Part shown: piece by piece, positions 12,701 through 25,664 of the stretch | Numbering within the stretch: the first letter of the stretch is position 1 | Layout of the letters: every line of letters begins with the position of its first letter | Assembly: GCF_006345805.1 (NCBI RefSeq) | Contig: NC_043007.1 | Location: 61,132,001-61,196,000, forward strand | Direction: 5' to 3' | From: Octopus sinensis | Lineage: Eukaryota | DNA length: 64,000 nucleotides | Notes under the pieces: model-generated | The model's input: only the letters and a program-made list of their open reading frames with translations | Database searches by the model: none | Told to the model about the DNA's origin: nothing | Position numbers and translations under genes: made by a program

Positions 12701-15700
12701 GAAATTAGTTGTGTGTCTTGGATAGGCATATGCTTTCACTTTGGTTCCGCTAATCTTGTTGAAAATGGCCATTACTTCTCCACAGTGACAGTTTTAGCCT
12801 TACAAGAAACTATGTTGACTTTATGTTCATGTTATTGTTTGGAATCTTTCAGTTGCAAATTGTTTATTCTAAAATTTACATGAGTATTCCAGTCCATGTC
12901 AGTATGCAAAACCATGTGAAGAAATTATGAAGAGAATAGAAAGGCAAAATCATATATATTGATAAATCAGCTAGGTAATTGGTTGGTATAGAGAATAGCA
13001 GAAAGTAGATGTTGTTTGGGTTATATTTTATGAAAATCATTATTGTGTATTATTTTCTGTTATGTACATATTTTTACAGATTTAAAGTAGCATTGTCTGA
13101 ACTGCATCATATAGGCCAGTGAATCTCCTCTCCCCACAAAAAAAAAATCTTCCACAAACTCCATTTAACTTATGAGTTTTTGACCCTTTTTAAAGCACAA
13201 AACACAGGCATGAGTTACATTATAGTACTGTCTGTTTGGTTTGCATTATCCAGCTTAATGGTGTTCCTCCTGAACAAGCATCCGAAACCATACTCTCCAC
13301 AAGGGCCAAAACACTATCAAGATTCCCTTACCAGTACATTATATTTGTCCCCTCTTTCTGCTTTTGTTTTTATCCTGATGCTTCTCTAAATTTGGAAACC
13401 TTGTACCATACCCACCTAAGTCTTGCTGGAAAATAGCTAATATTTTTTTTCAGAAAAGTTACTTATTGACCAAAGGAAAAAGTTATCTTTCATCTGGCTA
13501 ATGCTACAGAAATTGGATTAAAGCCAAAGCTGTCATAATCATTGTAAGCTATAGAAATATTAACATTTTAGTTTGAATAATATATATGATTTGAATCCAT
13601 ATTTGAAATCAAAGCTTTTGCAATGATAATTGTTGAAAATATTCTTGATTTGAGATTTTTGTACTTTTGTAAGAAATATTTTCTTTAGGTTTTCCTTTGT
13701 ATCTTCTATCAAACATTATCATATTTTATTTATTAAGTTGTTTTCAGTTTGAAATCATCATGTTTTAATTCAATATTGTGTTGATAATTTTTGAAATTTA
13801 ATATTACACTTGCATTGCTCACTCTTAAACCAAACAGCATCTTTTCATTGATATTTACTCAATGAAAGCTACTTGGATAATAATTTTTAAAAAAATTCAT
13901 TTTCCTTTGTTCTTTACTTGGTTTATTAAGGAACTCACTAAAAATCAAAAATCACAAAAAAGAGCTTTACTCCGTGATTATAGATGTATATCTTTCATGC
14001 GAATAAATGAAAACTAGCTTAATTTCTACTACTTAGGCCCAATACTTATAGCCTGTATTATCAACCCTAATAAGATGTCAACTCCCAATTACAAATCCTT
14101 GAATGAGATACTATGAAGATTGTAGAAGGTAGTTATAGCTGAGAATGACCAATACAGCATGAGAAGTAATGAGATATAAATGTTTTACTGATGAAATACT
14201 GTGGGCTTGAGAAGAGTGGAAATATACTGTAATTTTGCAGTTCATGTCAATATAAAGAAAATAAATATTAAAACTGATGCTAATATAAAAGTCTATGATG
14301 GCACAAAAGGGCATGACAGATATGTGAATTAATGACAGAAAATGTAGGGTAAAAGCATCCTACTTTTAACTTGGTTTAGTGATGTATTCAGTGTCAATAT
14401 CAATGGGACATCCGGCTTGTGTATAGGGCTTTAAGCATGCATTTGTGGGATGAATCTACTTCCTAGTTCCCATTTTATCCAATCCCCATTCTGTTTTTTT
14501 TTTTAATGTCACCTCTGTTCTTTTGAGGTTAGATATCTGTTAATTGCAACATCCTGCCACATCTCTGGCCTGCTTCTATCACTGTTGCCAATAATCTATG
14601 TGATTTAGTTACTCCCCCACTTTTTCCCATCATTAAATTTTGCCTCGGTGCCATTCCACTTTAGTTTTCCCTTTTGTTGGTATCAGGTGGCAGGTGTGAA
14701 TAAGGATGCACATCTCTCATTTTATTGGAAAATGAGTAGTGTTTATAAAAAATAAGTTTCATTTATATTTAAGTCAATGGTGATGACTGCTTAACTAATC
14801 ACTGTTTACAAGCTCAAGATCTTTTAATTTTGTTGTACAGTAAAATTATCAATCGGTGTTGAAAAGAATTATTCAGTTGTAAAAACCATATCTTCAGTTG
14901 AGGATGCATGTATAATGCATAAATTATAATACCATTGTCAGTTGAGCTCAGTTGCTTTTAATTTGTTTCTTCTATTAGCAACAATTAAAAATTGCATTTA
15001 TTGTCTTCACAATTATCAATTTAATGTCAAATTTTCAGTTTTGGCATGTGTTTGAGGATATTAGTTACCCCAAAAGACATGTCTAAAACAGCATTGCTAC
15101 CGCTTTCTTTATCATCTGGTCAGCCAAATTCAGTTTTGTAAGATCTGATTGAACTGTCATACCTGAGTTTTCCTTGGTCTACATCAGTTTCGTTTACAAC
15201 TAAATCAATTCTCTCCATTTAGTCACTTCAAAGCACTCCACCATTGCAAGTAGTAGCTCTATTGTTCTGTTAATTAGTTACATTCATAGTTTACATATAT
15301 CTAATCTATCTAGTAATTGTTAAGTACTAATTGAAAAAAAAATTGTTCATTCATCTCAGTTCTACAACCTTTAAACCAAGCCATACTTTCAATATAGTGT
15401 AATTATTCATTCATTCAGATAATAAATCCCTTATCTATGAGAAGTATCTTGCTTCTGATAAAGTTTATCTTTAATGGTCTCTAATTGAAATGCATCCACG
15501 TTCTAATTACTTGTAATATTGTTCACTGATCAAAGATTTGCCTTTGGTTTTATAATCTGATTCTTTAGTCATGTTTGTTAATGTCCTTCATTCATATGTG
15601 TGTACTAAAATACATGCGTGTCATGTGTGCTGTTAGTGTTGCATTGGTATAGATAAATATGCTTAGATAATGTAACCATGTGACATCTGAATTAGGTGTG

Positions 15701-16104
15701 TATGTGGGCACAGCTATTGCTGTGTGTTTGTCTTTCCAACCATGTAAATTTCATGTTTAGTCTTCCTATGCGAGACCTTGGGTATATGTCTTCTACAGTA
15801 ACCCTGAGCTGACCAAAGCTTTATGAACAGATTTGGTAGATGAAAATTGAAAGCAGCCTATATGTGTGTGCCTTTTCATCTTAACATTTTGATATAGTTG
15901 TAAGCAAGTGTTGCTCTCATACAAGCTGATTCATTCCTTTGCAGACTTCCATGAATATATGTCCAAATTTGGGTAAATATGACCTTCATTGGAAGCAGGT
16001 GGTGGTTGGCAATAGGAAGGACATCTGGCTGTAGAAAACCTGCCTTATCACATTCTGTCTGACCCCCATGCAAGCATAGAAAAGTGGATATTAAAATGAT
16101 GATT

Positions 16105-16143
<39 letters not shown>

Positions 16144-16385
16144 TATTGTAGCTAGTCAGGTTAATAATGCCATTCTTTGGGCAAAAAGGGATATGGTTAC
16201 TCTGTATCTAACAGACATTTAACTTTTAGTGCCCAGATGAAAATCAGTGCTAAGGGGAAGTACAGTTCACTACACTATGTTGTAAACTGTTTGTTGTATT
16301 ATACATGCATGAGACTCTGTTATCTATGCATATATAATGCATGCATATGATCATTGGTAGTTGTTTTTATCATTATAATTTTATT

Positions 16386-16388
<3 letters not shown>

Positions 16389-16428
<40 letters not shown>
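16389..16428. repeat. (TA)n microsatellite (others at 8287-8344, 16105-16143 TG/AG, 23841-23888 CA, 46877-46910 AAT, 49979-50006, 50791-50824)
   Basis: Directly visible di- and trinucleotide runs. Confidence 0.9.
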
Positions 16429-16431
<3 letters not shown>

Positions 16432-19400
16432 CTTTTTAATGTTTGTATGGGTTTCCTGGGATCAGGGTGGAGATGTAGATATATTGCATCATTCCTAACA
16501 GCCTTCACTTTAAAGCATGTACAGTTGTGTATGTATGCGAAAGAGAGATGATGATGATTCTGCCACTGACTGACAAGCCTATGATAGTTGTTTCTTACTG
16601 CTGCTACTGAAAAGAATTTTAGATTATTCCAAAAGTAGATTAGAACCAATTTTAAACTCTAGCTCGGGCACACAGAAGAATAAGATGGGATTGATAAAGC
16701 TAATTAAGTTTCACTAGAAAGTCAATAAGATTCTACTAGGTTCCAACTTTGTGAGAAGTTTTCAGTTTTGTTTGTCACCACCTAGATTTTGATTGACCAT
16801 GGCCTTATTTATTACTTGATCAATTAGAACTGACTGCAGCAACTCATAAACAACAGATGAGAGAGAGAGAGAGAGAGAGAGTTCCTGGTATATGCAATTC
16901 AGTATGATTCAGAATTTGAACCTGTGGCTCATGACCCATATGAAAAGGAAAGGCTTCTGACACTTCAACAGTAACTGAAGTTCTCATTTTTCTTAATTCT
17001 TTATTTTTTTTTTTCTGTAAAAGCATGTGACACAACTTAAGTAAGCCAATCGACCTTGGTCTTCTATAGTTGCAATGTGATGTTTATATTTACACATGTT
17101 TTTTTTCCACTCAAATTACTAGCTTCTTCGACCTGTTTTTTGGAGTCAGTTGTTCCACTGCATCTCTCCTCCCTCTCTTGGCCTTTCATACCATAAATTG
17201 ACATTCTGCCGGAAATCAGCTATTTTAAATCATGGGAATAATGTTAGTGAACATTTTGTGCTTGGCTCTGTGTGTGTGCTCGCACGCGTGCTTTAGTTTC
17301 GTCATGTGTTGATGTTTGTGTGTTCATCTTTTAACATTTGCTCAAAATTGAAATACAGTCAGTAGTAAAAATGATTACTGTTAAATCAGAAAAAAGAACA
17401 AAGCATTTATATTAAATTTGATTTTGCTTCAGGAATGAGCAAAACTTGTATTGATATTGTTTAATGTGGGATATTTCATTTTACAGCAGTGATGTTTAAC
17501 AAGTGGAAGTTCAGGCCCTAGAGCCATCACTTTACTGCAGTTGGGCTGGGCACTACTGCCTAGTGGCAAATGCTACCGACTTGCTTCAGCTCTGAAAGAT
17601 AAAGAAGAAGATGGAAATGATGAATAAGAAGTGGAATTTCTTAGGCTGTACATTTATTTTGTGTAATTTTTTTCTAACCTCAGCTTGCAAAAATATCTAC
17701 AGCTGAGACATGAAGTCAGTGGGTTGAGCTCATAGCTTTTTAGAAATCTATTACAATGTTTTGGAATCTGTTATTTGAAATTTTTTTCTTTCTCTTATTA
17801 ATTTAATGCCATGATGTAAATAAATTAAATAAAAAAAAATACTACATACATTTGCATATGCACATGATGAGAAAGACACACACACACACACACACACATG
17901 CACACATATGCAGTAATGGAAAATGGACATATGATGATTTTTATTTAAAGCTGAGGATTCCAAACTTGGCTACACTGAGGTTCATGTTTCTATTTTTCAC
18001 AATATTGAAGTATAGATAGATATACTGCCTCAATGTAGTTTCATCTGACCCATGCAAGCATGGAAAAGTAGACAAAAACATAATGATATTACTGGTCTAG
18101 TCAATGGCTTGTCAACAAAGTGGGTTGGCAGTTTATTTCTGGCAAAGAAAAGACACTTTACTTTCAATGGATCAGTCCACTTAATAGTTGTAGTTTAATC
18201 TGTCTTTGACAATGGGAAACCGCTCACTGGTTCACATGAAGATTCACTCTTTAGTACTGTCTCTTACAGTACTAAAGTCTTTTATAGGACAGCACATATA
18301 TATGAAGTACTTATAAATACATGTAGTCATAGTGTGTGTTGTATATGTTGAATTCCCATTTAGATGATATCTTTGGACCAAGCTTGAGTTTGATTCCATG
18401 GCAGATGTTTTGCATTGTATTTGTGCAGTACATTTAATTCTATATGCCATGTTTTTGTATCTTTTAGTTGGGAGGAAAGGCAGTGCCTGTGACACTTTAT
18501 AGGCCTGCCAAGGTATCCTTAAACTGGAGATGGCCTAAATGCTTGCTATGTAGTGGACTCTGCTAGAAGCATCCACGGTGCCACGTGGTGGCACTAAGAC
18601 CTATTTTCTGATATTAGAGGTCAAGTGATACTTAAATTGAATGCAAATCTTTCAGTCATCATTTGGGAAAAGTGGGAGATTGATAAAAGAAGTGAATTTC
18701 TAATTTAAGTACAAGGTCTGCAGTTTTGAGAGAAGGGAATTAGTTGGTACCATCACACTCAGTACTGACTGATAATTTATTAACCCTGAAAGGATGAAAG
18801 GCAAAGTTGACTTCAGCAAGATCTGAACTCAGAGTGTAAAGAGTTAGGACAAATACTATGAAGCATTTTCCTTGATGCTCTGACAGTTCTGCCAGCTTGC
18901 TGCAACCCTATCAACTAAACCATTGACAGTTCTTATTTATGATATACTAGAACTGATTCAAGTACTCATATTGAATGTTCTTTACAAAAGATGAGTTTTG
19001 TGCTAAGTCAAAAGAAATTGCCATATTTTGGTATTTTTTAAACAGAGAAAGAAATGAGCTTTAATAATAACGATATAACTTTCGTATGCATTTATATACA
19101 CACTTGTATTGATGTGAAGAATAAGTTTCTTTAAGAGAAATAATGCTACAAGTATAACTCTTTTATGACCAAGTTTCTAACAAAAGTAAAATGAACTGCA
19201 TATGTGTTCCATTTACTTTTCAAAATAATCAAGGATTAAGTGAGATTTAGTGAAATAACTGTAATGTTTTTCAGTTAAAAATATTGGCATATTAAGCTGA
19301 TGTTTGGAATGCAATTTGCAAAAGACAAATGTTTACCTACTATTTTGAACAGATGGATTGTTATAGAAAAAAGTTAAATGTCAATACAGATCTTTTGGCT

Positions 19401-22400
19401 TACAGCTGATCATTGACTTGCTGTTATTCTTCTGATGAAAATGTATCATTGCACATTTGCTCACAAAAATTGTAATGAAAGCAAGAATTTTTTTTACCTT
19501 ATTAACTGAGACAAGAAGTTTTCTCTATGAAAAGACGTAAGCTAAGCTTTAAGCTGATTCCTTTCACAGACAAATCCTTTCTAATCTCACTCAGCAGTGT
19601 ACTGCTGTGACAAAACAACAAAATCAAGAAAAAAAAAACCCTGAGTGTTGCTATCTAACACTTATCAATAATTCAGTACCCTTGTTGCAATAAATTGCAT
19701 TTCCCAATTGTACCCATTTACATATGAGTCAACTAGGCAATTAAGACTCAAATAATCCTCCCAAGGCACAGAATATTGATGATTAATCCTTTTGTAACAT
19801 TATTAACTTTATTAGCAAATTTTCAGTGAAGGAAATTCAACACCCAGTTTCAATTACTAATTGGAACTGCTTCAGTGTTTGGCTTTTACTTTTTAGGGAA
19901 AGTCATGAATTTCATAATATTAATTTCTTTTTCTCTATAAATTCCTATTGTAAAAACATCCTTATTGTGGTGGAGATGGCCAAGATTGTTTACTAAACTA
20001 ATTGCTTTGCTGCTGGTCTGATACACTCAGTTCAAAACCTGAATACTTAATTTTGATCTGTCTCCAGGTTTGATACAATACCAGTATAATACTGAGAGGA
20101 GTTCAACTGACTATACTCTTTGTCCATAAAAAGAATTGCAAATATGCTAGGCCAAAGCATCATTATTGTTGCAGTTATTTGATGGTAGAGTAAGTTCTCT
20201 ACAAATGTACCTCTTAGTTTGGGTCTGATTTTTGTTTACAATGGCTTCCTTTTCATTTGCAATGCCTGTTTCTTTGGGAAAACTAGACATATTATCTAAT
20301 TAAAAAATTATTATCATTATGATCTCTGTAGGTCATCATGTTGTTTCAATGCCTTCTTTTCTTGTAATACCAGGCACAACTCGTTTATGCAATGTCTTTT
20401 CAGTGAATGCATTTCATATTTTCAGTTTATGGGGCATCATAGAATATTAGATTCACCTTGAGATGCTATACTGTGTAAGGTACTGGCTCTGGAGGGAACC
20501 ACACCACACCACTCCCTAGGGGAGCATTAAATTACTATGAAGAGACTGTGAGCAATACATTTTTTGCAGTTACTATCTTTATTGCAAAGAAGTTGAGTGT
20601 GGAAGTAGGTGTTTAATGTTTTAGGTGGGCATTCAGCAAAATGTTTGGGAAACATTGATGTAAAGCTGTGATTTTCATTTGGGTCACTGCAAGATGTTTC
20701 TAAATGGACCACAAGTTTTTAAAAATATCATTTAGGACTTTAGAAAAATCATACTTAATGCTTGAATATCTGGAAAAATGTGTTATAATTTTACATAAAT
20801 TTGTTTTTATATCCATTTTGCTCTTTTTTCCCCATACAAGCATGGGTTAAATGTATGTGTTGAAACATTGTTTTACAACCAGATGCTTTTCCTGCTGCCT
20901 ACCCTTACATGTAAAGGATCTCTTATTTTACACATCTTTGAAGGTGGTAAGTGAGCAGATAATGTGTTCACAGGAGAAATTACATTAGTTGCAGTGAGCA
21001 GCTTTAATAGAGCACAAATGTAAATTCACATGCATGATGATGACGTTTCAATTTCTGCCTTCAAAATTCATTCATAATGCTTTGGTTGGCCTGGGTCTAC
21101 AACAGAAGACATTTGTCCAAGGTGCCATGCAGTGGGACTGAACCTGAAACCATGTAGTTGGGAAGCCATACCCAAGATAAGAAACAATTTTTCTTTAAAC
21201 ATTCCATGCAAACTGTGCCAATAATTTATGATTTGACCTCTGTGCCATAAGGTCAAAAAGGGATGGTCACCATAGATAATGTAGTCCTTGATACATTTTG
21301 ATATGTCAACTTGATCAAAGCTAAACTAGGCTTAAGCAACAACTGGTGGTTATTTTATTGACCCCAGAAGAATAAAAAAGCAAAGTCAACAGGGCAAGAT
21401 TTGAACTTGGAATTTAATATAAGGCATTTAAACTGGCATTTGAACCATTTCTGCTCATTCACTATTCTTGTTAAAGTGATACTATGAATTTTTAACATAG
21501 GCATTGAGCCTTATGTTGTGGTGAGGAGTGAGTATAGTCAATTGTATCAACCCATAGTACTTTGTCTGGTATTATTTTATCAATCCCTTGATGAGATTTG
21601 AATGCAGAATATAACTAAAAGCTGTTTAGAACTATTTTGTCCTGCACTAAGTGGATTCTACCAATCCATCACTTAAAAGTGATAATAACAATATCAAAAG
21701 TATCAAACTGATCATATTTGATAGTTTCATGGCTCAATCTTTAAGTTTGACTACTGTCAGAATAATATTTGATTAATAAATCTGTGAAGGGTTTAAATGG
21801 AGAGGGTTTGCTACAAAACCAAGTCCTACCTCATCCTTGTCTCCTTAATTGGCTTGGCAGCTAAAAAGGCATTGCTTTAATAAAAGCCATGAATGAAACA
21901 TACAGGGTGATGAGGTAAAGGAATTGTTTTACTGTTTCTGTGAATATTAACACTGGCTGTGCTCAACATTATTTTGTGAAATAATTACCAAAGTGTTTAA
22001 ATGATAGTATACTACATTTTAAATAATGAAAAAGAAAAAAAAAACTGTAAAAAGATAAAAAATTTAAATTTACTCACTAAATGAGAAAGTCAATTTTGCT
22101 GTTGAACAGTATATAACAAATTTAAGTCAGTTATTTTTTGTTGTACAAACATGGCACTTCATATGTTAACGGTTCTGGTTCTTACACACTTCTCATACCA
22201 GCTCCATATTTCTTTTGTTTTACTATTGTAATACAAAATGAATTTTAATAACATCTGATCTCTGATTTTAGTTTATACTTATTTTGACTTTGAAGTTACT
22301 TCATGATAAAAACTATAAAAAAACATTATGAACATTTCTTTTTATTGAAAAAATAAATAATAATAAAAACTCATTAACTAATATACTGATGATAATGATT

Positions 22401-22917
22401 TGTAATTTTTTTAAATTTTTGTTATCTCAAAATATTAGGAACAAAATACAATGTAACATGATATTGTGACACTAATTAATTAATGTGATGGACTTTAGGA
22501 ACAAAGGTCACAAGTTCAAATGGTGACACCTGTTTTATATTGTATCATAGTTGTCCTTTATTTAAATTAACTGAAAAAAAAAAAAGAAAAAGTACCTAAC
22601 TTTTGCAACTAACTTAAAACTTGTATTGACAGTTCATGTACAACTGTAGCTTGATTCGATCAAACCTGGTGCATCTTTTACTATTTTCAGAAGGCAGTTG
22701 CCTGATTTTTCAAATATATTTTCTGTGCTTAATCACTTCTTTACCAATCAATAAAAATAGTTCAATAAAATAAAATAAAATATCATCAAAATGTATTCTT
22801 TTGAAATTCATTTTTCACCTTTCTATTTCAGGTCTAATTATTACCAAGGTAACTTTACCTAAAAACTAAACTTAATTCATAAATTGGGTGAATTATTTAA
22901 AACTAAATTTTAATTGC

Positions 22918-23140
22918 TTAACCATTAGATGCCAACCCATCCAAGACTGTCCCTACTTCTATGATAACAAATTTTCCTATTGTAAAGTGATCTAAATTAA
23001 AACCTTCATTCAAAATTTCATGCTGATTTATGTTCTAAACACCAGCTTAATAATGATAGCAATTTCAATAAATTATTTCCAAAATGAATTGTAACAAAAA
23101 CACTGTTTTTCAGTAGAAATATGGTAACAAAAGGGTTTAA
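22918..23140 (-). mobile_element. piggyBac-like MITE family member (TTAA-flanked)
   Basis: ttaacc... and ...ggtaacaaaagggtttaa ends. Inverted homologue of the copies at 30895 and 59700. Confidence 0.5.
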
Positions 23141-24744
23141 GTACAAACTTTTATGACTATATTGGTGTTTGACAATAGTATATGAGCTGTAACTGAACAA
23201 TCTACTTAATTTCTTTATTTTAAATGTTTGTTTTCTTCATGCTGATTCCATTTAAGATAGTTGTTCTTAGAATAATTTTTTAACCTATTAACTTTACCTT
23301 TTCAGAGTGTTTGTCTACAATATTTATCTTTACACTGTGTTTTAATTTGGTTGGAGTCCTAGCCCCAATTGTCAATGGGTGCTATGTTTGCTAAATATGT
23401 ATATTGTCCTAGACTGGATTCAAACAAGGAACTTTTATTCCTAAATCTATCCTGCCTGGAGTAATGTACACACTCAGAATAGTTTGAATAATTAGTCTTT
23501 TAATAATTGTAATTCATTTCAGAACTTCAGACATTTGATTAGATGGCTAGGAAACCTTCTTAACATCATCGACTATCATGGAACAGGAAAGATTTATAGT
23601 AATGGTGCATAAAAGAACAACAGATGTAATACAAACACTGATGATGCTAGTTGTATGAATGTGTCTGTGTGTAATGCATGTGTGTGTTATATGTAAAAAT
23701 GAGTTGCTATGTCAGATACAAAAGGATAAAATTGACTGTATGTGCAGTATTTTGTTCAATGAACAGTGTGCTGTGCTTCAGCTCAAAACACTCAACTAGA
23801 CCTGTGATTATTTACTTGAAACAGTCATTGCGATTGTTTTCACACACACACACGCACACGCACACACACACACACGCACACACACACATTTGTTTGTTCA
23901 TCTATGTTTTCTCTATGCTGATATGTATTAGGTAAGGAGGTACTTGGGGTAGAATTTTTCAAGTCTGGCTGCTCTTCATGTTGCCAACCATTAACTGGTT
24001 TTCAAGTAAAGTATTTTTAAAAATTCCAGTGGAATTAGGAAGCACAGAGATAGTGGATGATTTGTTGACATGAAATATAAACAAACATCACTGTTTATAG
24101 CAGCAGCTCAGCACTGATTGTAAACAGTCACATAGGCACATACACACATGTGTGTGAATGCACATAACAGGCTTCTTTCAGTTTCCATCACCCAAATTCT
24201 CACACAAGGTCTGACACTTGCTGAAGGTTCTGCACAGTGGAACTGAACCCAAAATTACACAGCTGCAAAGTAAACTTCTTAACCACACATTCATGCCTAC
24301 TCTTTATGTAATGAAATTATATTGGAACTTGACACACCACCAGTCATGTTTCTGCTCAAGATATTTTGTAAAAATATATTTAAATTAATAAACGTTGTAC
24401 CTGGTTTAAATATTTTATTGCTAAGAAAAATAACCCCTCTAAACAGCTGCAGCTCTTGGCATTTACTGTCCTAATGAAGCATTGAGCATTGTCACCTAGG
24501 TTAAGAACCATTGAAGTAGTTGATACACTGTTATAGACTTGGTTATTGAGTTACTGATAGTGGAAAAGATACTTTTTATTTTTCTTATCAAGAGATCTTC
24601 CTCAGATACTGCTGCTGCCACCAATTATGATGGCCCAGATATTACCTGAGGCACTCTGAACATTGGCTCCTTGTCAGCTATTTACAATGATAGATGTGAA
24701 AAAAGCCCATTGTATGTATATGTGTGTGTGTATGTGGAGGGGGA

Positions 24745-24885
24745 AGAAGCTTACTTCCCAGCCACATGGTTCTGGGTTCAGTCCCACTGCATGGCACCTT
24801 GGGCAAGTGTCTTCTACTAAAGCTTTGGACTGACCAAAGCCTTGTAAGAGGATTTGGTAGAGGGAAACTGAATGTAACCTGTTGT
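24745..24885 (+). mobile_element. tRNA-derived CORE-like SINE (other copies ~15700, 21050, 24170, 35780, 39410, 55900)
   Basis: B-box-like ggttcagtccc followed by the CORE-like ggcaccttgggcaagtgtcttct segment, recurring across the window. Confidence 0.7.
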
Positions 24886-24924
24886 GTGTATATGTGTGTG
24901 TGTGTGTATATATATATATATTCC

Positions 24925-25418
24925 TCCCTTGGACACACAAAGACCTGTTGAGGCAAGCGAAGTCGATATCGAACCTCATCCAAAGACAGGCATCTATGCC
25001 CCGTGTGCTTGCGAAGACCTGTTGGGGCAAGTGAAATCGGAATCGAAATTGAACCAATCCTATGACTGGCACCCAGCAGATGCCAGGACCCCTAGACTGG
25101 AGATACGTAAAAAGCACTATCTGAATCGTGGCCGATGCCAGCGCCGCTTCGACTGGCTTCCGTGTCGGTGGCACGTAAAAAGCACCATCCGAATCGTGGC
25201 CGAAGCCAGTGCCGCCTCGACTGGCTTCTGTGCAGGTGACACGTAAAATGCACCCACTACACTCTCGGAGTGGTTGGCGTTAGGAAGGGCATCCAGCTGT
25301 AGAAACTTTGCCAGATAAGACCGGAGCCTGGTGCAGCCTTCTGGCTTCCCAGATCTCCGGTCGAACCGTCCAACTCATGCTAGCATGGAGAACGGACGTT
25401 AAATGATGATGATGATGA
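24925..25418 (+). mobile_element. RTE-related non-autonomous retroposon with repeated 5' modules and an (ATG)n tail
   Basis: CpG-rich young copy containing ggttggcgttaggaagggcatccagc...catgctagcatgg...ggacgttaaa(tga)n, with 2-3 aaaagcacc modules upstream. Truncated copies at ~16000, 28640, 38965, 49745, 56290, 61225, 63055. Confidence 0.75.
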
Positions 25419-25428
25419 TATATACATA

Positions 25429-25664
25429 CAGGGTGGCCCAAAAGTAGGTTTACAGCTATCGCGTAGGCACCTGAAATTTCTTTTAAAATATTTTATTACA
25501 TTTAAATTTCTTTCTTACAAACTGAAAAAGGAGCTTGATAAAATTAACTAAATTAGCATAGAATAATGGTTTCATATTTTTTTTATAATTAAGATCTAAA
25601 CTGTTAATATATGAATGTGAAAGAGATAGTTGACTAGCTGTAAACCTACTTTTGGGCCAGCCTG
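25429..25664. mobile_element. Tc1/mariner-type MITE
   Basis: ~30-bp TIRs CAGGGTGGCCCAAAAGTAGGTTTACAGCTA / TAGCTGTAAACCTACTTTTGGGCCAGCCTG with TA flanks. Confidence 0.85.

Noticed and set aside
17485-17645. Acceptor-like tttacag followed by more GC-rich sequence
   Set aside because: Stops in all frames and no good donor.
25100-25255. HDV-like or pistol ribozyme assignment for the repeated module
   Set aside because: GCC-GCCTCGACT-GGC resembles HDV P3/L3 and the hairpin + TAAA resembles pistol P1, but I could not build the other required helices by eye. Left as an unclassified structure.
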